64,000 bases of DNA from Longimicrobiales bacterium (GTDB lineage: Bacteria > Gemmatimonadota > Gemmatimonadetes > Longimicrobiales > Gaopeijiaceae), in NCBI GenBank assembly GCA_965238005.1, contig OZ250165.1, positions 3,008,001-3,072,000 on the forward strand, given 5' to 3'. The notes below the pieces were generated by a model, which worked only from the letters and a program-made list of their open reading frames with translations, was not told the origin of the DNA and made no database searches. Shown here piece after piece: positions 39,729 through 48,879 of this stretch. The position numbers and the translations under genes are program-made. Each line of letters begins with the position of its first letter. The first letter of the stretch is position 1.

Positions 39729-41912
39729 CATAAGAAAGTTGGTGCGAAGATCGTAGAGATGATATTGTGTGTTTTTACCTTCCCGTAATCCGTGGTTCCG
39801 GTTTGGATATGACATCATGGTAAATCGTTTTTTATGTGACACCAGCTCATTGATCAAAGCCTCAAAACTTTGATAATGTACATTTGAATCACCCGTCCCA
39901 TGGATGATGAGCAATTTGCCTTTAAGCTGGTGTGCCCAGGTGATGGGAGAACCGTTTATGTACCCATCCTCATTATCTTCAAGCAGCCCCATGTACCTTT
40001 CCTGGTATCCAGGGTGATAATACCTCTGGTTGCTTACGAAAGATGACGGCATGGCGAGACTATACAGATCCGGATACCTGAAAATCAGGTTAAGGCTCAT
40101 CTGGCCTCCGCCACTATGCCCGTATATCCCGATCCTTTCAGGATCGATGTAAGGCCTTGTTTCAAGGATTTTCCTGGTAGCTGCTGCCTGGTCGTGAGCG
40201 GCCAATATACCCAACTGACCATCAATGGCTTTTCGCCATGCCCTGCCGCGGGGAGCCGGAGTGCCACGATTGTCCACGCTCATGATCACATACCCTTGCT
40301 GTGCAAGCATTTGGTGCCACAAATACTGTGTCTCGCTGCGCCACCTGTCGAGCACGGTCTGTCCGGCGGGCTCGCCGTAGATGTAGTAAAGGAGCGGGTA
40401 TTTCTTACTTGGATCCATATCGGGAGGTTTTATGTAATACCCATCAATTTCAACGCCTCCGCCGATGTCAACCCTGAAAAATTCCGTGGGGTTCTTTCTG
40501 ACAATGTTCAGTTTTTCTTTCAGCTCTTTATTATCCTCCAGCACCTTAACGGTGGAGTGATCGGCTAAACGAATGAAGTCATAAACGGGAGGGGTGTCAA
40601 AAGTAGAATAGTTGTGGACCGCCCATTTCATATCGGGTGAAATCTGATACGAATGTGTTCCGTTTAGCGAGGCAGGCGTAATTCTTTCCTGCCTACCACC
40701 CGGGCTGAGAGATGTCCTGTAAAGGTATCGCTGACCGGGATTATCTGGCGACGCCATATAATACAACCACCCGTTTTCGTCATCAATTCCGCTAATGCTA
40801 ATGACGTCGAATTCGCCGGGAGTCAGTTGGCCAATTTCCTCACCTGCGCGAGTATAGACATAAGCGTGCTTCCATCCGTCCCGTTCACTAAGCCAGATGA
40901 ATCTGCTTTTGTCCTCATTCCATGTAAAGCTATTTTCTAGCCACGCATCGTCTGATTCGGTGAGGATGGTTTTGAGATTACCTGTTGAAGTCTCAGCCAG
41001 TACGACCCTGACCTTGTCACGAGTTCTGTTGGAAATCTGAAGAAGAAGTTCTTCGCTGTTGCCTGCCCAATCGGAAACCCGTAAGTAATCGTCACTACTA
41101 AGCCCGGGTATGTCCAGCCAGCTGATCTCTCCGCTTGACAACTCTACAATACCGACTCGGGAAGAAGCCCTTTTTTGCCCTACCTTGACATAAGGGAATT
41201 CGATGATCTTTGGGTACAGTGTCTCAGTATTGTTGATCATATAATAAGTCAGAACATCAGATATGTCCGTTTCGACAAAGGCGATGTAGCGGCCATCCGG
41301 GCTCCAGTAGTAGTTGCTGCCCCTCCCCCAGTCCCCGGCATAACGTTTTTTACTTCCCGTATCGGTCAGTTGATAAATTTTGAAACTCGTAAGGTCCTGA
41401 ACATATATATTATGATCCATCATGTAACACACCATCTTGCCATCAGGGGAGAATTTGACTCCTCTGAGTGACTGTGACGGCACATCTCCTCCTATTTTTA
41501 TCCAGGTCCACAACCCGATGTCCATGACCCAATAATCGGCTTTGTTTCCGCCCCAAACCTCCCGGGTCGAATTGATAGAGGTAAGTAACCTGTTGCGGTT
41601 TTCAGAAAAGCTATAGGAGGTAAGAGGCGTTGACGTGCCCGGAATGATCAGCCTTTGAGCGGGCACCAATACCTTTTTGATCCCTGTTTCCGGATCGTAT
41701 TGCACGATGTCCCGTCCATCTTCCATGGATGCCTCGAGCACCGTGTAACTTCCGTCATCACGCCATCTGACAGGCCCAAAGGACTTAGACGAGAATTCGT
41801 TGCTGAAGATCCTGTCAAGGGTTAGAAGAGAGGGATCGTCACTCTGGCCATAGCAAGGCACGCCAAATATGAAGAAGATAAAGACAAGCGGATTCTTTAA
41901 ATAATATCTCAT
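39672..41912 (-). CDS. S9B dipeptidyl-peptidase IV family protein (AT-rich, probably foreign)
   Basis: LTLDRIF, WSPDG propeller repeats, YGEPAGQ, DNRGT, GHSGGG nucleophile, IHGTGDSNVH, YPNRNH. Confidence 0.92.
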   Translation of the reverse strand: MRYYLKNPLVFIFFIFGVPCYGQSDDPSLLTLDRIFSNEFSSKSFGPVRWRDDGSYTVLEASMEDGRDIVQYDPETGIKKVLVPAQRLIIPGTSTPLTSYSFSENRNRLLTSINSTREVWGGNKADYWVMDIGLWTWIKIGGDVPSQSLRGVKFSPDGKMVCYMMDHNIYVQDLTSFKIYQLTDTGSKKRYAGDWGRGSNYYWSPDGRYIAFVETDISDVLTYYMINNTETLYPKIIEFPYVKVGQKRASSRVGIVELSSGEISWLDIPGLSSDDYLRVSDWAGNSEELLLQISNRTRDKVRVVLAETSTGNLKTILTESDDAWLENSFTWNEDKSRFIWLSERDGWKHAYVYTRAGEEIGQLTPGEFDVISISGIDDENGWLYYMASPDNPGQRYLYRTSLSPGGRQERITPASLNGTHSYQISPDMKWAVHNYSTFDTPPVYDFIRLADHSTVKVLEDNKELKEKLNIVRKNPTEFFRVDIGGGVEIDGYYIKPPDMDPSKKYPLLYYIYGEPAGQTVLDRWRSETQYLWHQMLAQQGYVIMSVDNRGTPAPRGRAWRKAIDGQLGILAAHDQAAATRKILETRPYIDPERIGIYGHSGGGQMSLNLIFRYPDLYSLAMPSSFVSNQRYYHPGYQERYMGLLEDNEDGYINGSPITWAHQLKGKLLIIHGTGDSNVHYQSFEALINELVSHKKRFTMMSYPNRNHGLREGKNTQYHLYDLRTNFLMTNMPPGPSDIRATEDSRR

Positions 41913-42129
41913 GGCATTGGGGCCTAAGGGATGTGGCGACATGCGGAAACCTCCGGTTGCTGGAGTAATCACGCCTGAATTGTTGAAAGCCTCATCTACC
42001 CGACGTTTCCCATTTGGAATTGCCTGGAACCACTCCAGGCTCGGAATGGTGCCTATTGTAATGACATGCGCCCCCCCGTGTCTAGCGCGTCGGAATTTTC
42101 CCCATTTTTTTGACTGCCAGCCCCAATAG

Positions 42130-42720
42130 GGATAGGCATTTTAAAGACCCTGTCCGAGTCCGGCACCCCGTTTGAGCGAGCCGAGTCCTTACCGTTGTGA
42201 GGCTGAGGTGCGCGTTCCCCGTCCAGCCATGCACGGACGAGACGATCGGATGCGTGGATGGGCAACAGGAACCGAACGGCCCTGACCCCGAGTAGATACC
42301 GCACGGCCCCGACCCCGAGTCGGGGACGGCGGGTCCGTGCTCCGTCGAGCAGCTCTCAGTCTGGCTGCGACTGATCGAATTCAAATTCCGGAATGGGTTC
42401 CGGATCGGCGAGGTCGAACCCGCCGGTCTGATCGAACTCGAACAGGTCCGACCACGCTTTGCGCGGTGCCCGCGGCGCCCGAGCCGGAGACAGTGGAGGG
42501 CCGGCACACCGGGCTCGTGCGAGTCCATGAGCGAGAATGCCACAGCGCAGGTAGGCCCGGAAGTCGCGTTCGACCCACGAAGGGACGCCGCCCCCTAGGG
42601 GGTCCGCCTCGGCGACCTCTGTGAGGAAGGTCTCGAGGTGGTGCTGGACCAGTGGATAGAGCGGCGTCAGGGTGGGACGGCGCCGGCGGTAGACGGGCCC
42701 ACAGTTTGGTGCGGTGGGCC
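42130..42720 (-). mobile_element. Internally deleted IS91/ISCR-like element
   Basis: VYRRRRPTLTPLYPLVQHHLETFL..VERDFRAYLRCGILAHGLARARC (Zn-binding N-domain) fused to PPLSPARAP..FDQSQPD C-terminus; ends ..AAAATGCCTATCC (ori-like). Confidence 0.75.
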
Positions 42721-43072
42721 GAGGGGGCGACCCTGATCGAGAGCTGACCCGTGTACGCCGCGACGTGGCGTGCATCCCGGACGGTGAGTAGAGTCCGGTG
42801 GCGGGAACATGGCTCGGCAGGCCTAGCTATCGTACGTATACCCACGATATAAAGATACGTACACGTCTCCGAAGAGCATTTCGGCGAGCTTCCTATCGAG
42901 CGATCGGCTGCTAGCGCGATGAGCACCGAGGTCGCGCGCTTCGCCTGCGATCACCCGATTGGGCCGCGCAGCAGTCGTCTAGAGAGCACCCCTCTTCGTG
43001 GCTGCCCGCTAGCCCGCCACAGCGTTGGGTCCGGATCGCATTGGAGTTTGGCGTTCGGCGCGAGGACCCCGT

Positions 43073-43192
43073 GCAGCGGCGAGAAGGAACTGGACGTGGA
43101 CGGCCTCACCATCGTATCGGACGAGGAAACCGCCCCCATCTCGAGGGTGCCACGGTCGACTTCGTCGAGCTCGTGAACGAAGGGCGGATTCG
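43073..43192 (+). pseudogene. Decayed partial duplicate of nfuA
   Basis: Colinear with 22351-22471 (GCAGCGGCGAGAAGGA..GGCCTCACCATCGT..CTCGAGGGTGCCACGGT.GACTTCGTCGAG..GTGAACGAA) with frameshifts. Confidence 0.8.
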
Positions 43193-43267
43193 GATGGTAA
43201 CGGCGCACCGCCCCGAAAGGACCAACAGCACGCCGCCACAAAGCGATGCGCAGGGTCGAGCCGCTGC

Positions 43268-44566
43268 CTACCGACGAGCCCGATATCGCTCGTAAAGGCT
43301 ACGATGCTTGTTGTCCGTCGACACCTCACGCCCGTTGATCACCAGATGCTCGATCTGGGTCTGGATCTCCAGCGGGTCGCCGTCCGTCACGATCAGGTTG
43401 CCCAGCTTCCCCACTTCAAGAGTGCCCACGTCGTCCCCGAGCCCGAGGATCTCGGCCCCGTTCACGGTGACGGCACGGAGAGCGACCTCCGGCGGAAGAC
43501 CGTAGCCCACAGCCATGCCTGCCTCGTAGGGCAGAGTCCTGGAGTTCGAGGAGTTGAAGGTCGCGAAAGCGAACTTCACACCTGCGGCATGGAGCTTCCC
43601 CGCCTTGCTGTAAGCCTCGTCATAGGGCTCGTCCGCTCCTGACGGCATGGCCTGAGTCGGTCCGAGGATGACCGGTACGCCCTTCTCGGCAAGGAGGTCC
43701 GCCACCACCCACGCCCTCTGCCCACCTGTGATGATCACGTCGAGGCCGTTCCGCTCGCCGAACTCGACGGCGTTGCGGATATCCCGCTCTGCGCTGGCGC
43801 TGATGAGGACCGGGAGCTCGCCTCCGGCCGCGGGGATCAACGCTTCCAGCTTGAGGTCGCGCCTTGCGGTCCCGGCTTCGACAGCCAGTGCGTAGTTGCG
43901 TGCGGTGTTCAGCCACGTCTCCATCTCGCGGACCCGCTCCTCGTACTGCTCGAGCCCCTTGCCCCAGGGAAGCGCGGGGCCGCTCAACCCGCCGCCGCCC
44001 CTACCACCCCCACCGCCCAAGCTGGGCCAGGCCACGACAAGCCCCACCGAGTGGCGGAGCATCATCTCTTCCACCGTCCAACCGTCCAGGTGAACCACCG
44101 TGGCCTGACCCGCGAAGCCCTGTCCACCCGGCGCGGACAAGGCATGCGTGATTCCGTTGGCTCTGGCGACCGGGATGTGCTCGCTGGCCGGATGGACCGC
44201 CGTCGCGGCGTTCAGGTGGGGGTTGTACCGCCCGAGCTCCCGGATGTCGGACGTCACGTCGACGGCTCCGATCTCGGTAAGCCCCAGCGTCGTGTAGGCG
44301 TCGAACATGCCGGGGTAGACGTGCTTGCCCGACGCGTCGATGACGTGGGCACCGGTTGGGATCTGGACGTTGGTGCCTACGGCCGTGATCTGCCCGTCTT
44401 CGATGAGCACCGTCCCGTTCGCGACGGACTCACCCGCTAGGGTATGGACTTCACCACCCCACACCGCGAGGACACCCTGGGACTGCGCACCGAGGGATGT
44501 CGTCATGAGTGTCAGGCCGATTACGGCATGGGCCGCGCCACGCCCCACTTCCCTGAGCCGGATCAT
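43268..44566 (-). CDS. Amidohydrolase-family protein (imidazolonepropionase-like, secreted)
   Basis: GTVLIEDGQITAVG, HVYPGMFDA, ARANGIT, GTLEVGKLGNLIVTDGDPLE. Confidence 0.85.
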   Translation of the reverse strand: MIRLREVGRGAAHAVIGLTLMTTSLGAQSQGVLAVWGGEVHTLAGESVANGTVLIEDGQITAVGTNVQIPTGAHVIDASGKHVYPGMFDAYTTLGLTEIGAVDVTSDIRELGRYNPHLNAATAVHPASEHIPVARANGITHALSAPGGQGFAGQATVVHLDGWTVEEMMLRHSVGLVVAWPSLGGGGGRGGGGLSGPALPWGKGLEQYEERVREMETWLNTARNYALAVEAGTARRDLKLEALIPAAGGELPVLISASAERDIRNAVEFGERNGLDVIITGGQRAWVVADLLAEKGVPVILGPTQAMPSGADEPYDEAYSKAGKLHAAGVKFAFATFNSSNSRTLPYEAGMAVGYGLPPEVALRAVTVNGAEILGLGDDVGTLEVGKLGNLIVTDGDPLEIQTQIEHLVINGREVSTDNKHRSLYERYRARR

Positions 44567-47283
44567 CGGGTTTCCTCTCGGCCACCCTGGCCGTCTTCGG
44601 TGATGGGCCGGCCGCTCTCACGCGCACCGGTCCCCAGCTTGTCCCTGAGCGCCTCGATCTCCGCCTCGATCTGCTGTTGGCGCTCCTTATCGAGGTCGAT
44701 GTCGAAGTAGAGCTCGCCGTCCACATAGGTCTGCTGCACGACACCGTAGACGGAGAGCGGGTGACCATCGTAGACGACCAGGTCCGCGTCCTTCCCCACG
44801 TCGATGGAACCCGTCCGATCGTCCACCCGGAGCTGCATCGCCGGATTGAGCGTGACGAGCCGGAGCGCCTCCTCCTCGCTGAGTCCCCCCCACTTCATCG
44901 CCTTGGCCGCTTCCTGGTTCAAGTGTCGCATCTCCTCACCACTGTCCGAGTTGATGGAGACGAGCACGCCCTTCTCGGTCATGAGCGCGGCATTGTACGG
45001 GATCGCGTCATAGGCCTCGACCTTGTAGCCCCACCAGTCGGAGAACGTGGACGCGCCGGCGCCGTGCTCGGCGATCTCTTTGGCCACCTTGTAGCCCTCG
45101 AGGACATGTTGAAAGGTGGCGATCCGGAATCCGAACTCCTCGGCCAGTCGGAGGAGCTGCACAATCTCATCGGCCCGGTACGAGTGGGCGTGAACCAAGC
45201 GCTCTCCGCGCAGGATCTCGGCAAGGGTCTCAAGCTTCAGGTCCCGCCGCGGCGGAATGGCGTTGCCCTCGCCTGCGGCTTCGTACTCCTCCCAGTCGGC
45301 CATGTATTGCTGGGCCTCGACGAAGGCCTGCCGGATCACGTCGTTCACCCCCATGCGGGTGGACGGGTAGCGGTCCGGATCACGGTCGCGCTTGGTGTTC
45401 TCTCCGAGGGCGAACTTGATGCCGGGTATGGCCCCCGCGAACTTGAGCCCCTCGGCATCGGCTCCCCAGCGGAGCTTCAGGACGGCGTTCTTGCCCCCGA
45501 TGGGGTTGGCGCTTCCGTGGAGCACGTTGGCGGAAGTGACACCACCGGCCAGAGCCCGGTAGATGCTGTTCTGGTCCGGATCGATGACGTCTTCGATCCC
45601 CACCATCGCCGAGACGGCGACCGTTCCCTCGTTGATCCCTCCCTCACCGGCGATGTGGGAGTGGGCGTCGAAAATCCCGGGAATCACGTACTTTCCGCTG
45701 GCATCGACCACGTGGGCTCCTCGTGGCGCGTCGAGCCCCTGCCCTACTTCGGCGATCTTCCCGTCACGGATGAGGATGTCCCCGTTCTCGATGCGCCCGT
45801 TGCTGGCGGTCAGGATCGTGGCGTTCCGAAGGAGCGTCACGGGATCGCTGCGGTACGCGCCCCGATCACGAGCCATAGGCACCTCGACATTCGTGGTGGT
45901 GGTCTCTTCCTCTTCCTCTTCCTCGTCTTCGTCGTCATCAGGGCTCGCCAACTCTCCCACTTCGAACTGCTTGCCGTCCACAAAGACCATCTTCAACTCG
46001 GTATCGTCGACGAAGAGATCCCCGTCGGTTACCACGAGATTCGCGATCTTGCCGTCTTCGATGCTTCCCAACCGGTCCGCCACACCGAAGATCTCGGCGG
46101 GTGTAAGGGTCAGGGCTCGGATGGCAGCCTCAGTGGAAAGGCCTCGCTCCACCGCCTCACCCACGTTTTCGACCACGTCGGCCGGATCGCTGATGTCTCC
46201 AGAGTAGAACGCGAAGCGTACGCCGGCCGTGTTCAGAGCCGCCGCGGTGGTGGGAGCCCGGTCCCAGAGGCGGAGCTGGTTCAAGGAGGGCTGGGCCTCG
46301 GGGTCCCCGTCTCTGGGTGGCCTTGGCCAGTCGACGTTCACCAGGGCCGTGACCCGGTTCGCCGCGAGCACGTCGGCCGCCTCGTACCCTCGATGTAGTC
46401 CGTAGATCACGGGGGTCGTGCCCGACTCGGCGGCGAGGTCGATGGCACGCTGGGCCTGGGCGGTCGTCGTGGCCGGTACGAGGAAGGGCGTGCCTCCTCG
46501 TACCGCGGCCCGGATCGGCTCCAGGGCCCGGTCGTACTCCGGCCGCTCCAATCCCCGCGGATCGTCTTCGTACAAGCTCCACGCCGCGTCGTAGTGGGCA
46601 GCGTCCAAGAACACCTGCTTGAGATATGCGAAAACCCCCATGAGCGAGCCCGGGAATCCTCGGACGGAGCCTCCGCGGCTCAGGTTCACTCTCAACGCCA
46701 CGCGGGTCTTCACCACCATGTCCCCCGGGCGCTCACCTGCCAGGTTGATCACCGCGGACTGACCGGGGAAGATGCCTTCGGAGGGAGAGGCGATCACGGT
46801 GGTGAACCCGGCGCTTCGCCAGCGTTCGATCCGCTCGTCGCTCCCATCTAGATCGTCGGCGGCGTTCACCCAGGGCGTCGTGGCCGGTCGATCCTCGGGG
46901 CCCCAGGAATACCGGGTCTCACGGCCCCCGGAGCCACCGCCCCGAGGCGGGGACCCTCCCGGATGCCCGATGTCGGTCAATGCGTCGATGAAGCCCGGAT
47001 ACACGGTCAGTCCGGAGCCGTCGATCACCCAGGCGTCGGCCGGTACGTCCACGTTCCGACCCACGTCGGTGATGACCCCGTTTCGCACCACGACCGTGCC
47101 GTTGTCGATCGTGCCGCCCGATACCGTGACGACTCGTGCGCCCTGAATGGCGAAGTGCCCGGGCTGATCCGGGCTCGTCGCTTGGGCCTGGGCGCTCGCT
47201 TCCGAGGCCTGAGCCAGCGCCGCGATGATCACTGTCGATAGGAAGGCTCGCCGGAGGTGGGAGTCGGATTTGACCAACGACAT
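44563..47283 (-). CDS. Double-domain amidohydrolase-family protein (secreted)
   Basis: Two repeats of the fold; the second has DAHSH, KFALGEN, HAHSYR, QHVLE, SINSDS; acidic linker. Confidence 0.88.
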   Translation of the reverse strand: MSLVKSDSHLRRAFLSTVIIAALAQASEASAQAQATSPDQPGHFAIQGARVVTVSGGTIDNGTVVVRNGVITDVGRNVDVPADAWVIDGSGLTVYPGFIDALTDIGHPGGSPPRGGGSGGRETRYSWGPEDRPATTPWVNAADDLDGSDERIERWRSAGFTTVIASPSEGIFPGQSAVINLAGERPGDMVVKTRVALRVNLSRGGSVRGFPGSLMGVFAYLKQVFLDAAHYDAAWSLYEDDPRGLERPEYDRALEPIRAAVRGGTPFLVPATTTAQAQRAIDLAAESGTTPVIYGLHRGYEAADVLAANRVTALVNVDWPRPPRDGDPEAQPSLNQLRLWDRAPTTAAALNTAGVRFAFYSGDISDPADVVENVGEAVERGLSTEAAIRALTLTPAEIFGVADRLGSIEDGKIANLVVTDGDLFVDDTELKMVFVDGKQFEVGELASPDDDEDEEEEEEETTTTNVEVPMARDRGAYRSDPVTLLRNATILTASNGRIENGDILIRDGKIAEVGQGLDAPRGAHVVDASGKYVIPGIFDAHSHIAGEGGINEGTVAVSAMVGIEDVIDPDQNSIYRALAGGVTSANVLHGSANPIGGKNAVLKLRWGADAEGLKFAGAIPGIKFALGENTKRDRDPDRYPSTRMGVNDVIRQAFVEAQQYMADWEEYEAAGEGNAIPPRRDLKLETLAEILRGERLVHAHSYRADEIVQLLRLAEEFGFRIATFQHVLEGYKVAKEIAEHGAGASTFSDWWGYKVEAYDAIPYNAALMTEKGVLVSINSDSGEEMRHLNQEAAKAMKWGGLSEEEALRLVTLNPAMQLRVDDRTGSIDVGKDADLVVYDGHPLSVYGVVQQTYVDGELYFDIDLDKERQQQIEAEIEALRDKLGTGARESGRPITEDGQGGREETR

Positions 47284-47459
47284 GGTACGGTCCTCAGGGT
47301 GAAGCGACGAAGGCGTGGGAGTGGCTAATCTGAAGGCTCCGGGCGAGTGCGGCCAGCCCCGCCAGAAAGCGAGGACCAGGGCCGAGCGCAGGGTCGAGGA
47401 CCGATTTGCCCCGCCTGGCAGCGAGGCGCAGAGCCGAGCGTGGGGTCGAGCCTTCCATC

Positions 47460-47542
47460 TTGACTTCTCCCCGGTCGGCCGTAGGGTGGGGGACCTCAGT
47501 GGCTGGACCACAGCACGTCCCGGATTCGGGGGACCTCAGTGG
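47460..47542 (+). promoter_or_regulatory. Putative promoter followed by two 15-bp direct repeats upstream of the cyclase gene
   Basis: TTGACT-N16-TAGGGT; GGGGGACCTCAGTGG at 47488-47502 and 47528-47542. Confidence 0.45.
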
Positions 47543-47587
47543 GGGCAACTCGCTCGCAGACCAGTAACCCGAGAAGGGAGCCGATCA

Positions 47588-48367
47588 ATGTCTTCAGTCC
47601 TCACACAGCTCGTGCAGGAGCTCGCTTCCGGTGCCATCAGGGTCGTGGATCTGACCCAGCCGCTGGGGCCCGACACGCCGGTCATCGGCCTTCCGGATAT
47701 CTTCGCGCCGTCACCGGGAATGAGCATAGAGGTAATCTCACGCTACGATGACAACGGGCCCGCATGGTATTGGAACACCATCCGGCTGGGCGAGCACACC
47801 GGCACCCACTTCGACGCCCCCATCCACTGGGTTACGGGCAAGGACCTCCCGAACAACGCTTGCGACACGCTCCCTGTGGGTCGGTTCGTTGGCCCCGGCT
47901 GCGTCATCGACGTGACCGGCGAGGTGGCTGAAGATCCCGACTTCCTCCTTACGGCCGCCCGGATCGAGGCCTGGGAGCAGGAACACGGGCGAATCCCCGC
48001 CGGGGGCTGGGTGCTACTTCACACCGGCTGGAGCAAGCGCACCGATCCAGCGGACTTCCATAATCTGGCCGACGATGGACCTCACACGCCGGGTTTCGCG
48101 AAGGAGGCGTCCGATCTCCTGGCCCACGAGCGCGACGTGACAGGCGTCGGGGTAGAGACCATCGGAACGGATGCCGGCCAGGCCGGTGGATTCGATCCGC
48201 CCTTCCCCAACCACAACACCATGCATGGCGCCGGGAAGCTCGGCCTTGCCAGCCTGTACAACCTGGATCAGCTGCCCGCCACGGGCTCGCTGATCATCGC
48301 TGCACCGCTGAAGATCGTGGAAGGGAGCGGAAGCCCACTCAGGGTGTTGGCATTGGTAGGGGCTTGA
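47588..48367 (+). CDS. Cyclase family protein (kynurenine formamidase/isatin hydrolase-like)
   Basis: VVDLTQPL, GEHTGTHFDAPIHW, TGW, GVETIGTDAGQ, APLKIVEGSGSPLRV. Confidence 0.9.
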   Translation: MSSVLTQLVQELASGAIRVVDLTQPLGPDTPVIGLPDIFAPSPGMSIEVISRYDDNGPAWYWNTIRLGEHTGTHFDAPIHWVTGKDLPNNACDTLPVGRFVGPGCVIDVTGEVAEDPDFLLTAARIEAWEQEHGRIPAGGWVLLHTGWSKRTDPADFHNLADDGPHTPGFAKEASDLLAHERDVTGVGVETIGTDAGQAGGFDPPFPNHNTMHGAGKLGLASLYNLDQLPATGSLIIAAPLKIVEGSGSPLRVLALVGA

Positions 48368-48425
48368 GGCAACCTCCGAGGTAGCCGTAACAGGGGGAGG
48401 GGCTACCCTATGGGCGGGGCCGGCT

Positions 48426-48650
48426 CTATTCGATGACATTTCCGACAGAGGCGTCTTCCTGCGACAACGTCGGGAACTGCCAGGCGGACACAATCAGACC
48501 CCCGATCACACCGATCAGGATCCCGATGAAGGCGACCTTGAGTCCGTGACGGAAATGGCGCCGTTCCCTGCTACGGCGGATGGCCATTTGATAGGCTCTG
48601 TAACGTCTCTCCCCACTGCTACTTCTAGAGGAGATTGCGCTGGCGCTCAT
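48426..48650 (-). CDS. Small hypothetical membrane protein
   Basis: 74 aa; basic N-part and one TM VAFIGILIGVIGGLIV; sigma-54-type promoter upstream. Confidence 0.55.
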   Translation of the reverse strand: MSASAISSRSSSGERRYRAYQMAIRRSRERRHFRHGLKVAFIGILIGVIGGLIVSAWQFPTLSQEDASVGNVIE

Positions 48651-48691
48651 GGTTCTTCACCGTTTTGAAGGAGCCTCCGTGCAGAACTTTG

Positions 48692-48707
48692 TGCAACAGC
48701 TGTGCCA
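48692..48707 (-). promoter_or_regulatory. Sigma-54 (-24/-12) promoter
   Basis: Minus strand TGGCACAGCTGTTGCA matches TGGCAC-N5-TTGCW, about 40 bp upstream of the ATG at 48650. Confidence 0.65.
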
Positions 48708-48879
48708 CGCGGGTCATCGGCCTGAGCACTGGGTTCTAGACTGCCTCAACCATCTCGCTTTGGGAAAAAACTGCCGAATTCCTGCAAGACGTTGCCGGGC
48801 ACGGACCTAACGCGGAACTCGTGAGACGGGAGGTTGTCGAGTGGCCCCGCCGGAGCATGGCCTCTAGCTTCGGCCTCCG

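Noticed and set aside
29769..43012. CTAG tetramers near fragment junctions as IS1182 excision footprints
   Set aside because: TAG stops generate CTAG by default, and no inverted-repeat remnants were seen
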